From assembly GCF_028641065.1 (NCBI RefSeq), contig NC_073400.1, forward strand, positions 20,274,001 to 20,338,000: a stretch of 64,000 nt of DNA, written 5' to 3'. This stretch comes from Leucoraja erinacea. Lineage: Eukaryota. Within the stretch, counting starts at the first letter, position 1; each line of letters starts with the position of its first letter. Shown piece by piece: positions 13,726 to 27,317 of the stretch. The notes under the pieces are model-generated. The model made no database searches and was not told the DNA's origin. It saw nothing but the letters and a program-made list of their open reading frames with translations. Position numbers and translations under genes: made by a program.

Positions 13726-13876
13726 CTGTCTCTGGCAGCCCTCCACGATGATGAGCTTCTGTTGTGGTGATGTGCGAGCGAAGACAATCTCAGTGTGGTT
13801 GCACAGGATTTGGTCCAGCTGGTCATCTCCCATCTCCTTCAGGTCGGAGCCGTGAATCACACAGGCTTTGGCGTCC
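13726..13876 (-). CDS. ATP1A2: ATP1A2 exon 15
   Basis: 151 nt; [50 protein letters not shown]. Confidence 0.95.
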
Positions 13877-14029
13877 CTGGAGGTAGTGGAACGGAGGCGG
13901 AGTGAGGGCTGTGGAGGACTCGTCGAACTGCACCGGACAATCAATTATACTGCCCCCCCCCCCCCCCCCCGTGAGGCAGAGCTCCACCAGCGTCTGGTTC
14001 CATCAACCCATGCCTTGGGAGTGTGTGAA

Positions 14030-14265
14030 GACAGTACAGCAGGAGCTTCCCTCTATTTGTAACACGTGACCCAGTAATGTGTGATGGGAAGGTGTAGAGG
14101 GAGCCTCCCTCTGTATGTAACACGTGTCCTGTCGTATGTGAGGGAGCTTCCCTCTGTACATAACACATGTCCTGTAGTGTGAGAGGAGGCTTCACTGCAT
14201 GTAATATGTGGCCTGGTCGTGTGTGATGGGACGGTGTAGAGGGAGCTTCACTCTGTATCTAACTC
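14030..14265. repeat. Degenerate minisatellite (gggagcttccctctgtatgtaacacgtg-type); related copies at ~23085-23480, ~23725-23760 and ~49945-50050
   Basis: Recurrent GGAGCTTC(A/C)CTCTGT / AGAGTGAAGCTCC core at 35-60 nt spacing. Confidence 0.6.
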
Positions 14266-14299
14266 TGGACCTGGATCTCAGTGGTCAAGAGGTCTTGTG

Positions 14300-15462
<1,163 letters not shown>

Positions 15463-16294
15463 CTGAGGGGAGGATACGGTCAAATTATGAGTAGAAAGGA
15501 AGAGTGAAGGGAGGAGGAAGGATAGAGGAGGAAGGATAGAGGAGGGGGTGGGAAGGCAGAGGGGTGAGGAAGGGGATTGGAAGGGGTGAAAGAAGAGAAT
15601 GGGAATGGAAGAGATGATGGGTGAGGGGAGAGGAGAGGGGTAGGATGCATGGGAAAAGAGGAAGAGAGGGAGAAGGGAAGGGAGGAATGGAGGAGGTTGA
15701 AGAGAACAGGGAGGAGAGGATGGGGGTGAGGAGGTAGAGGTGGAGGAAAGGGAGGGGGAGTGGGGGAAGGAGAGGAGGAGAGAAAGATGTGGAGAGAGGA
15801 GGGGAGGAGAGTAGATGGAAGGGGAGGGGAGAGGGGTTTGACAAGGAGAGGTGAGGAGAGAGATTAAACAGGCACCAGAGGATCCCAGCATTTCCTCTGC
15901 TGAGAAACACAGCCGGGTGAGAGTAATTGTACAGTAATATATCGCGAGGGTCCCATCACACCTCCCTGACACACACACAGAGCAGGATCCCAATATTCCC
16001 AAAGCTCCAACCCCGCATGCACTGCCAGATCACAAACTTCACCGAAACCTTCTCAACGATACACACATCAAGATCCCGGTCACACAACCACAGCAACACC
16101 CCACACATTCTCTGACCACTTGGCATGCACAGCAAGATCCCAGACACAACCCCCTCCACCGTCGTGACCCAGTGCAGTGCAGAGGAAGATCCCTCTCCGT
16201 CCCTCCCCCTCTACCCTCGCCTCCCACCTGCCCACTGATGACTTGGTTACAAGATCGCATCCTGGCTGGCGGGGTGGGGGGGGGGAGTACTCAC

Positions 16295-16496
16295 CCAGGA
16301 CCCGCTCCCCGAGACCCCCCAGCTCAAGGTAGGCGTTCTGGAAAGCCTCGCGCAGTTCCGTGTCCAGGGCCACCTCCTGCCCGTGCAGCAAGATGGTGGA
16401 GCAGCGATCCAGGATCCGCTCAGGAGCGCCCTTCATCACCAGCAGGTGGGAGGGACCCGGAGACCCCTCCTCTGCCTCCATCGTGTGGATGGACAA
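16295..16496 (-). CDS. ATP1A2: ATP1A2 exon 12
   Basis: 202 nt; [67 protein letters not shown]. Confidence 0.95.
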
Positions 16497-17608
16497 CTGG
16501 GGGGTGAGGGGAGAGAGGAGGGTGGTAAGAGGGGGTTACACACCTGACTTCACTCCGGCAGAAAACCCTCCCCCTCCATCCAACATTCAGCCACCACCAC
16601 CCTCCCCCTCCCTCTATGCACTCCCTCCCTCCACCCAACCATCCCTCCACTAGCGACCCCCTCACTATACCCATACCACACCCACATGCTCGCCTCCCTC
16701 AGCCCATCCTCCACTTCTCCCCCACCATTCTCTCACTCCTCCTTTAATGGAAGTCCCCCCTTCCCCCTCACCCAACCACCTCTCCACCTTCTACCCCCTC
16801 CACCTTCTACCCTCCGTCTCCCCCACCCACACTCTCCCCTACCTCCACCTCACCCCCTCGCTCCACCCACCGCTTTCCTCCACCCGCATCCACATTTCCA
16901 CGAACCACTTCTCATTCCACCCACATCCTCCCCTTCTTCACAGTCATTCTATTCCCACCCAACCATCGCCTCCACCACCCACTCCCTTCCGCCACGTACA
17001 CCCTTCTCTTCGTCCACTTCTCCTCACCCCTCTCACCGACCCCTTCTCTCCATCCAACCCTCCCCTGCATCCCCACCCAGCCTCTCCCACCGTCCCACCA
17101 ACTTTCCACTCCCTCTCATTCCTACCGCCTCCATCTAACCACTCCACTCCTACCCATTTCCTCAGCTCACCTCCCACCCACTTTCTCTCCTCATCTTCTA
17201 CCAAGATTTAGAGGGACATGGGCCAAACACAGGTAAATGGCATTAGCACAGATGGGGCATCTTGGTCAGCATGGATGAGTTGGGCCAAAAGTCTGTTTCA
17301 ATGCTGTATGACTCTGTGACCTATCCTATCTCTGTAACCCTCTACTGCTCCCACAGTGCCCCTTCTCTGTAGCGTCCTCCAACAACCGCACCCATGTCTA
17401 CCTCTGTCAACAGTTGCCCCACCCCTCCCCGCCTCTTCTGCATCCCATCCTCCCTGGAATCTCCCCTTTGCTCCACCATTGGTAGGTGTCCCAGCTCCAT
17501 GGATCAGCCCCTCCCTCAACCTCGCTGCATCTCGCTCCCCTCCAGACTCTTGCAACGAGTGAGGTTTGGATGGGACGAGCTCGTTGCGAACAAGGCTGGG
17601 ACCGCTTT

Positions 17609-17771
17609 CATAGGAACACAGAAAATAGGTGCGGGAATAGGCCATTTGGCCCTTCGAATCAGCACCACTATTCAATGTGATCATGGCTGATCATCCAAAA
17701 TCAGTACCCCGTTCCTGTTTTTCCCCATATCCCGTAATTCCTTTAGCCCTAAGAGCTAAATCTTTCTTGAA
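17609..17771 (-). mobile_element. CR1 LINE 3'-end fragment
   Basis: aataggtgcgggaataggccatttggcccttcgaatcagcacc..., same 3' UTR as the 39849 element. Confidence 0.75.
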
Positions 17772-18027
17772 AAGAGGTTTCTTGAAACCCCTACCCACCC
17801 CGGCACACCCCTTGCCCAGTTACCATTTTTGCTGTGGAAGGTTGGGTCCCTCATCAAGTAACAAGGTCACATCCCCAACCTCTGCCATGTATCCTCTGAA
17901 ACGGGGAACACCAGTGGGGACGCGGGGCGGCCTGGGTCTTGGGGGAAGGAAGCCCAACTACCAGGCGAGGCTTCCCGCTGGGCTGGAGGGGGGAATAGGA
18001 CTGTGGCATCTGGCCGGAGAGCCATAC

Positions 18028-18162
18028 CTGGTACTTGTTGGTGGAGTTGAAGGGGATTTCCGTCACCTTGGGGCTCTTCCGCCGCATTTCGCGGACGGAG
18101 CCACACGACAGCTCGATGCACTTCAACAGCGCCGACTCGGACGCGTCGCCAGAGGTCTCACG
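18028..18162 (-). CDS. ATP1A2: ATP1A2 exon 11
   Basis: 135 nt; [45 protein letters not shown]. Confidence 0.95.
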
Positions 18163-19304
18163 CTGGAGGGAAGAGGAGCAGAAGTTGGTTACAGGCTTGT
18201 CTCTGGGCCAGGGGCCGATCAGCCCCTCTAGTCTCACTCTGCACCAGCATAGCCGATCCAAATGTTGGCCACAATTCCGCTCCCCAGCTCTCTCCCCATT
18301 CCCATAAAATTTAAATCTCCCTCACAGTGGGGATTGATTACACAGCTCCCTGGCGCAGAGAATTCCAGAGATCCCGCCCTGTCCAAAGCAGGCGCTAACG
18401 TTTGTGTGAAAAAATGTACTGCTCAGATCTCTTCAAAATTACTCCTCTAACGTTAATTCTGCACTGTCTTGTTCTGGTCTCCCACACACTGGGGAAAGAC
18501 TGACTTTATTTATGGCCATCAGAATTTTATAAACTTCTGTAAGGTCACTCCAGGTCTCATACGTTCCAGTGAAAATAAACCAATCGACACTCTCCTTAAA
18601 CCTACAACCCTCTGTGAATCTCCTCTGCCCTCTCACAATTGCTACCACATCCTTCCTATATTGCGGTGACCAGAACTATTCACAATACTCCAAGTACATC
18701 TGACCAATGTTTTGAATAGTTGCAACATGGTGTCCCAGCTCTTACTCTAAGGGCATTGGTCTACGAATGCAAGCAGGCCGAATACTTACACTTTCTATCT
18801 TCCTGTGTTCCCATTTTCAGCTCATTATTAACTTGTACACCAATGTCTCTCTGCATTAGCACTCTTGAGGTCCCTGCCATTTACTGTATATGACCTGTTG
18901 GTATCTGTGATCCAAAAATGCATTGCCTCATACTTGTTCAGGTTAAATTCCAACTCCCATCACCTCATCCAGATTTCCAACTGATCTATATCCTGCTCTA
19001 TGCTTAGGAAATGTTCTTTGAGGTCGACAACTCAACCATTTATTTTTGCGGTGTCAGTAAGCTTACTAATCCGTCTACTTTCACTCTGATCCAAGTCATT
19101 TATACATATTATAAACAGCAATGGTCCCTCTGAACATAACTAGTTGCAGACTTTGAGTCAGAAAAACCTATACACCAGACCAAGCCAATTTTGGATTCAG
19201 TTTGCCACCGCACTTTGGATCATAACCTTCTGGACCAGATGATTATGCTAGACCTTGTCAACATTTTGTACTGTCTCAATATTTGAATTATAATTTGCTT
19301 TTGG

Positions 19305-19790
19305 ATGGACATAGCACGCCTTGAAGAAATGAGACTCCGACTAATAGATAAATATGACCAATTCTTAAAGAGTTGGTCTCCTTTCATCGACTTTTTGGAA
19401 TCATGTGATGCAGCGGTGCCGTAAGGATTGCTGATTTCAGTTCATGACGCGGATAGAGCTACATCTCCGAATACAGATTTGAAAAATTCTCTTTTAAGGG
19501 GCCTTCTCTTCTATTTCTACTTTCCTCTTTCTCTCTTCCTTTTTTTATTTTTTATATACACACTTCACGTTTTTCTACTCTCTACCATCTATTTCTCCAC
19601 TTTTTCCCCTTTCTATTGCTTTCTTTTTCTTGTTCTGCTTACTTCTTTCTTATAACATAAAACTAGAGGTTGTACATAGAATGGATTACGGTATTACATA
19701 GTTGGCACCTAAAGTTAGGTGCCACTGTACTGTTTTGTGATGTATTAACTTCTAATAAAATAAACAAAAAAAAAACAAAAAACAAAAAAA
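19305..19790 (+). mobile_element. 5'-truncated L1-type LINE with poly(A) tail and 15-bp TSD
   Basis: ATAATTTGCTTTTGG at 19290-19304 and 19791-19805; AATAAA plus A-rich tail; residual frame MDIARLEEMRLRLIDKYDQFLKSWSPFIDFL resembles a fish L1 ORF2 C-terminus. Confidence 0.85.
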
Positions 19791-19971
19791 ATAATTTGCT
19801 TTTGGTATTTCCTTCCCTTGTGGATCAATTCACATTTCCTGCATCATATTCCCTTAACCAGCTTTATGCCTTCTCACTCAACTTGAGATGCTTTATTTCC
19901 TGATCACAACCATCAGCTCCTGCACTGAGGCGGCGGCGGGGGTCCTGAGCAGAAGGAGAGGAGCACGGTCT

Positions 19972-20107
19972 AATAGACAATAGGTGCAGTAGTAGGCCTT
20001 TCGGCCCTTCGAGCCAGCACCGCCATTCAATGTGATCGTGGCTGATCATCCCCAATCAGTACCCCGTTCCTGCCTTCTCCCCATATCCCCTGACTCCGCT
20101 ATCTCTA
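19972..20107 (-). mobile_element. CR1 LINE 3'-end fragment
   Basis: aatagacaataggtgcag...ccttcgagccagcaccgccattcaatgtgatc, shared with the 11064 and 39849 elements. Confidence 0.8.
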
Positions 20108-20629
20108 AGGTGAGAGGGAAAAGCAGATGAAGAGAGACAGAGAGTGCACAAGAGGAAAAGGAGGTCTGAGGAAGAATAAAGGTCGAAGGAAGGAAAGGGT
20201 AGGAGGAGAGAGAAAGAGAGAGAGAGGGGTAGGATAATGGGGAAAGGAAGGAATGGAGGGAAAAGAGGAAAGTGGAAGGGAGGGAGGGGAATAGCAGGGA
20301 AGGGAAGGTGGAAATAGGGAAAGGAAAGTGAAAGGAAGGGAAGGGAAGAGGCAGATGGGTGAAGGTGGAGAGGAGGGAGGGAGGTGCAAAGTGAAGGGAG
20401 GGCCACAGGTGGGGAGGAAGTGGGAGGAGGGAGAGATGGGCATGATAAGTGGTCAGAAGGAAAGGAGACAGGAAGAAGTGGGAGCAAGATGAAAGGAGGA
20501 GACCAGAGAGGGAAGAATGGAGGGCATGGAGTGGGAAGGCGAGGGAGAGGGTGGTGAATGTAGGGAGGGAAGGAGAGAAAGAGAGAGGGAGGGGGAAGTG
20601 AGAGGCAGCGTCCCCTAACTTCAGCTCAC

Positions 20630-20739
20630 CTTGGAGATGGAGACATTCTCCTGGCCCGGCCTGAAGACGGCCCGGTTGCAGAGAGCCGAAATGCGTGAGA
20701 GTCCGGCCCATGTGGGCGAAGTCTTGTCGAAGGCCGAAC
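20630..20739 (-). CDS. ATP1A2: ATP1A2 exon 10
   Basis: 110 nt; [36 protein letters not shown]. Confidence 0.95.
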
Positions 20740-20869
20740 CTGTGGATGGGATCAGAGACAAGTGAGTTACATAGGGTTCACAAGCTTCCCTGGTGTGCTG
20801 ATACACAGAAAGATCACACTACACTACCAGAGGGTGGGCATGCAATTCTAGAGCGCACCTCCAATAATA

Positions 20870-21270
20870 CATAAGCCCCTACAACCCTTCCTAACTCTGT
20901 AACTCCTCCTGCCCCTACTCCCCTCCCTATCTCTGTCACCCCCTCCGGACATTACACCTGTCCCTATCTCTGCAATCTGACACACCTCCCTGTCTCTGAA
21001 ACCATCTCCAGCCCCTGCACTCCTCCTTATCCCTGTCAGAGCTTCTGGCTCCCAACACCTCTCCCTATCTGTCTCCCCCTCCAGCCCTTGCACCCCTCTC
21101 CATCCCTGTAACTTTCACTGAATCCAACCCATTCCTGCATCTGTAATGCCCTCTGACCCGCACACCAGTCCCTATCTCTGTAATGCACTCCGACCCCCAC
21201 ACCCATCTCTGTAATACCCTCTGACCCCCACATTGTCCCTATCTCTGTAATACTCTCTGAACCCCACACC
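20870..21270. repeat. Degenerate minisatellite (ccctatctctgtaa...cccct core); also at ~8200-8480 and ~60530-60660
   Basis: Recurrent TATCTCTGTAA core at roughly 30-40 nt spacing. Confidence 0.6.
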
Positions 21271-21352
21271 CATGCCTTTCTCTGCCAAAATCAGACTGTG
21301 CAGGGTGCTCCCAGCAGGGTGCCCCAGTTACAGATGTGACTCCTGGCCATAC

Positions 21353-21551
21353 CGCTCTGGTCCTCCGTTGTGTCTGCCTCGTGCACTTGGTTGTCGAACC
21401 ACATGTGCGCCACAGTCATCCGGTTTTGGGTGAGAGTCCCCGTCTTGTCGGAGCAGATGGTCGAGGTCGATCCCAGTGTCTCCACTGCTTCTAAATTCTT
21501 CACCAAGCAGTTCTTGCGAGCCATTCTCTTAGCAGTGAGAGTGAGGCAGAC
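21353..21551 (-). CDS. ATP1A2: ATP1A2 exon 9 (phosphorylation site DKTGT)
   Basis: 199 nt; [66 protein letters not shown]. Confidence 0.97.
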
Positions 21552-22032
21552 CTGGGGCAGAGAGAGAGAGAGAGGGAGTTAGAGAGAGTGGAGAGGGAGA
21601 GTGGGTGAGAGAGAGGGGTGTGTGGAGGGAGGGGGAGAGAGTGTGGGGGAGGCAGGAGGAGAGAAAGAGAGTAGGAAGAGTGCGAACTGAGAAAGTGGGA
21701 GGGAGAGAAAGAGGCAGAGAAAATGTGGGAGGAAGAGAAAGATGTGAGGAAGGTAGAGAAAGAAGGGGAGCAAAAGAGAGATGGGTGAACAAGAGAGAGG
21801 AGAGAACGGCGAGAGAGAGAGAGATGGAGAGGGAGCAAGAGATGGAGAGGGAGAAAGATAGGTTAGAGAGATGAGAGGAGGGAGAATGGTGAAAGAGGTA
21901 TGGGTGGGAACGAGGGAGGGGGAGGGAGAAGAGGGAGGGAGAGATGGAGGGGGAAGCAGTGAGATGAAGAGCGAGGGTGGGAGGGAGAGAGAGTGGGAAG
22001 GAGGGAGAGGAAGAGAGAGAAACCTTGACAGT

Positions 22033-22320
22033 GCACTGTGGCGCAACTGCTGTCTCACGGTGCCAGAGATCCAGGTTTGGTCCTGACCTCAGGTGCTGGC
22101 TCTGTGGAGTTTCCACATTCTCTCTGTGGCCATATGGGTTTCCTCGGGGTGCTCCAGTTTACTCCCACATCCCAAAGGTGGAAGGGTTTGTAGGTTATCT
22201 GGCCTCTGTAAATTGCACCTGACGCGTTGGGAGTGAATGTGAAAGTGGGATAACATGATGAACGGTCGGCATTGACTCATTGGCTGTAAGGCCTATTCCC
22301 ATGTGTAATTCTCAATCAAT
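22033..22320 (+). mobile_element. tRNA-derived SINE (HE1/V-SINE-like), decayed
   Basis: tRNA-like head (gtggcgca...ccaggtttggtcctg), central gtggagttt...gggtttcctcggggtgctccagttt, tail ctcaatcaat. Confidence 0.7.
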
Positions 22321-22580
22321 TAGTTAATTAGTGATGGTGAGGGAAAGAGAGTGTGAGAGTGGGAATGAGATGGGAGAGATGCAGAAAGGAAGTGAGGGGG
22401 AGAGAGTGGCATGGGAGGAAGGGAGAGAGAAAAAGAGGGAGAGAATGGGAAAGAAAGAGGGAGAGCAGGAGTGATGTGAAGAATGAGAGTGGGAGACGAA
22501 GGAAAGGCGAGAGAGTAATATGTGGAGGGGGAGGAGGAGAGAGACGGGGCTAGTACGATATCACTAACGAGCCTTCACTA

Positions 22581-23033
<453 letters not shown>

Positions 23034-23131
23034 TCATCCCAAGTAACCTCAACACCGACCCGTCACAAACAGACATGGTTTAGGCAGAGTAAATGTCCCT
23101 CTACATTGTATCATCACACACTCCCAGGGCA

Positions 23132-23368
23132 CTACGTCCGTGCCCGCGTGTCCCTGGAGAGGGAACACGCGATGTCCACGGGGACTCTGGAGGCCTTCCG
23201 TGAATGCTGGTCACCGCAGGAGGTCGAATGTACTGTTGATAAAATTGTTAATATTTTAATTTGATAACTTTGTTTGTAAACTGCCAATATAGGCAGTCTT
23301 TGGTCGTGTTACTACTCTGTATTTTTGTTTGTTTTGAATAATTGCATTTTGTGTTATAAAAAAAAAAA
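23132..23368 (+). mobile_element. Short 5'-truncated L1/Tx1-like 3' end with poly(A) and probable 6-bp TSD
   Basis: Frame YVRARVSLEREHAMSTGTLEAFRECWSPQEVEC, AT-rich UTR, A-tail; AGGGCA at 23126-23131 and 23369-23374; inserted in a minisatellite. Confidence 0.65.
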
Positions 23369-23519
23369 AGGGCATAGGTCAGACACAGAGTGAAGCTCCA
23401 TCTACAATGTCCCATCACACACTCGCAGAGCACAGATTAGACACAGAATGCAGCTCCTACTACACAGCCCTGTCACAAATTCCCACAACAAAGTTAACAC
23501 GGGTCTCTTGGTAAATCAC

Positions 23520-23637
23520 CTTCCACACAGTTGGTACTGAAGAAAGCGATATTCCTCGTCTCCAGCGGATTTTCATTGGTGAACTCTGGGGATCGGGTCT
23601 GAGGTTCAGACTCTCCGGTGAGTGATGAGTTATCAAC
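23520..23637 (-). CDS. ATP1A2: ATP1A2 exon 7 (TGES)
   Basis: 118 nt; [39 protein letters not shown]. Confidence 0.95.
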
Positions 23638-24139
23638 CTGGCAAAAGTGATCAGAGAGATGCCTTACTATCATTAGTGCTTGTATGAACAACTTTGCTGT
23701 GAGTGTGTTAATATTAAATGCTGTAGCTCCCTCTGCACTGGCCTGTCACACAGCTCAGGGCATGAGTTCTGTGGGTTAAAGCAAGGTCAAAGGATTTTTT
23801 AAGTAGAAAGAGATTAGATAGTACTGGGTTACAGGGGACTGCAGATGCTAGAATCCGGAACAACAATGTGGTGGTGGTTCTCCGTGGGGGGGAAAGCCGC
23901 TCTTCATCTTGATGAATGCTGGATGTGTTTGTATGCAATCCATAGACAACGTGCTGCTAAAACAATTAAGGTGGGAAATATATGTTGGCCTTCACAATGT
24001 GAGAATTTGAGTGGAGAAGTAAAGAATTATACAAGGCCTTAGTGAGCCCGCAGATGGACTTCTGTGGACACATGGGCTCCTCTAACCAGAGATGGATGGA
24101 CCAACATTATGGGCAGCGAAGATTCACCAGAATAAGGAT

Positions 24140-25230
24140 GCACATAGAAGGGGAATCAGCAGGGCAAATCGAGGACATGACATAGCTCTGGCAGAAAGGA
24201 AAAGTAAAATCCAAAGAGATTCTACAAGTATATTAAGAGCCAAAGGATAACTAGGGAGAAAAGCTCCCCAGTAATCAATGTATGGGGCACAGGAGACAGG
24301 TGAGGTGTTAAATGAATATTTCTCATCAGTATTTACCATGGAGAAGTCATGCAGGCCAAGGAATAAAAGGAAACGAATAGAGATGTGTTTGAGCATGTCC
24401 ATATCACAATAGAGGCGGTGCTGAAGATCGAATGCATTTTAAGGAGGATAAATCCCAGTGGCCTGATGAAATGTATCGTAGATATTGAGAGAAGCGAGGG
24501 AGAAAGTTGTAGGGGTCCTGGCAGAGATGGTTGCATCATCCTTCGCCACAGGTGGGAAAGACTGGAGATTGGCTAATGCTGTGCCTTTATTTAAGAAAGG
24601 CCAGCGAGCCAGGGATCCATAGACTGGTGAGCCTAATATCAGCAGTGGAAATGTCACTGGAGGGGATTATTTGGGACATGATCTACCAGCATTTGGAAAT
24701 GCAAGGACTGATTAACGATAGTGAGCTTGGCTTTGTGTGGAGGAAATCATGTCAAACAAATTTGATTGAGCCTTTTGTGGGGTGACAATGAGGATTGATG
24801 AAGGAAGGGTAGTATGCATTGTTTACAACTAATAAGGCATTTAACAAGGTACTGCTTGGTAGATTAGGCCAGAAGATTAAATCACATGGGGTCCAGGATG
24901 AGCTAGCCAAATGGATGCAAAATTGGTTTAGTGGAAGGGGTCAGAGGATAGTGGAGGGTGGTTACTCGTATTAGAGGCCCGTGTGTGTTGAAGTGCCACA
25001 GTGATCAGTTCTGGGTCGCTGCTGTTTATCACCAATATTTACGATTAGAATGACAATGTTTGAGGATGGCATCAAAAATGGTGATGTTGTGAACAGTGAA
25101 GGTTATCTGAGATAGACCTAATGAACTGGGGAGTGTCCCAACAAATGGTAGATAGAATTTAAGATGGCAGATGGATAAGTGCAAGATGTTGCATTTTGGA
25201 AAATTAAACCAGAACACAAGTTAGACAATA
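24140..25230 (+). mobile_element. Old, heavily decayed CR1 RT region
   Basis: Frame-broken remnants of DW-x-ANxVPLFKKG, RLVSLIS, GFVxRKSCQTNLIE. Confidence 0.65.
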
Positions 25231-25294
25231 AATGGTTTGCTCAAAGAAGATTGATATATATTGACATTCCTTATGTTTGTCTTTGTCTTTGTCA

Positions 25295-25675
<381 letters not shown>

Positions 25676-26346
25676 TCAGCACCCTTTGGCCCATTACCCT
25701 CCTTGACACCATGTCCACTCCCTGACCTTTCCGAACCAAACCTTAACCATTGACATTTAATCTAAACCTCTTATTCCTGATGCCATTCCCTGAACCCCAG
25801 CCCCGTGCTGACCTGTGGATTTCACCCTTCACCATTGAACCCTGACCATCTCCAAAGGGAATCACTCCTCTCTGCAGAACCTCTCAAGACTAAGACTCCC
25901 ACAACCCCTCCCTTTCCAAGTGCTTGGAATCTCTCAGAAGCCTTGCACCTCCTTTACTAGTTCTCCAACGCCCACCCTAAAAGCTCTGCATCCTATTTCC
26001 CATCCAACAAGCCTAATTCCTCAACCTGAAACCCTGCCCTTTTCCAATAAGCCCTGCCCCAAGCCATCTCTAAGCCCCCTGCCCCACGCCATGTTTCTCC
26101 CACAAGCTCAGCTCATACTCTATTCCAACAAGCCAGCCCTGCCAATGCCCCTCCCCCACAAGCACCGCTCCACGTGACAATGTCCCTCACACATCGGCAA
26201 TCCATACGCTAATGCCCCTCGTTCACAAACAGTAAACCACACCAATGCCCCACTCCACAAGCACTGTGCCACACACCATGTACCCCTCCCACAAGCGCTG
26301 CCCGCACGTCGCATCCCCTAGCCCTGCCACAGGTTCCACCACCCAC

Positions 26347-26460
26347 CTGGGGCACCATACTCTTGAATGAGTCCATGATTCGGGAACTCTTGGCCTCTTG
26401 GTAGTAGGAAAAGCAGCCGGTGATCATCACCACGGCAGCCAGGACGACACCCAGGTACAG
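26347..26460 (-). CDS. ATP1A2: ATP1A2 exon 5
   Basis: 114 nt; [38 protein letters not shown]. Confidence 0.95.
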
Positions 26461-27113
26461 CTGTGAGAAAAGCAGGTCAGAGGGTGTGGGTCAGAGGACA
26501 CAGGTCAGAGTGCGCAATTGCTGGAGAGGAGGGGTGAAATCCGATGTGGACTGAGGGCTGGAGGGTTTCGGAGCTGCGAATGGTGAGGGTCCTGGGAGAG
26601 ACATCAGGGGCTCTGTAGGTTGCTCAGGGATGGGACCGTCCAGAGGATCCCAGGACATCACTGGAGGTCGGCATAGGTAATGTTATCCATGTGGAGATAC
26701 GTGGGTCGTCCTGGAAGAAGTTGATCAAAGTTTAGGGATGCTTCTAAGTTGTGGGGCTGGGAGAGCCTAGGGAAAGCGGGTTCCGGGCTCCGGGGTTAGC
26801 ATTGGGTGTTGGGTCAGGAGTCGTCAGGGTCGAAGGTCAGGGGTTGGGATTGGCAGTTGGGTTAGGGCAAAGGATTGGGGGCTAGGATTAGGAGGTCAGT
26901 CAGGTTTTGGTCAAAGTTTGGGGCAGGGTCAGAGGTTGAAGGTTAATGGTTCAGGGGCTGTAGTGAGTCAGCGGTTCTCAGCCTGAACCGCTATGTCAGG
27001 GTTAGGGGTCAGGATTGGGGATTAGGTCGAGGTGACGGTTGAAGTCAGAATCTGGGGATGGGGTTGGGTTGGGTTGGACATGGTCAGGGGTAGGGTCAGG
27101 GTGTGGTACTCAC

Positions 27114-27317
27114 ATTGTCATTGGACGGCTCGTCCTCCATGACAGCCTGGATGGTGTAGGCCAGGAAACAGAGCAGGGCCCCGATCCAGAGGAGGATGGA
27201 GAAACCACCGAACAGCTGACGGCAGAATTTCACCCATTCCGGGGTGGTGGGGGGTGGTGTCAGGGCATTGGGACCCTCCAGGGCCAGGATCTCGGCTGCC
27301 CGGGCACTGGTCAGACC
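27114..27317 (-). CDS. ATP1A2: ATP1A2 exon 4 (TM1, H1-H2 loop)
   Basis: 204 nt; [68 protein letters not shown]. Confidence 0.95.
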
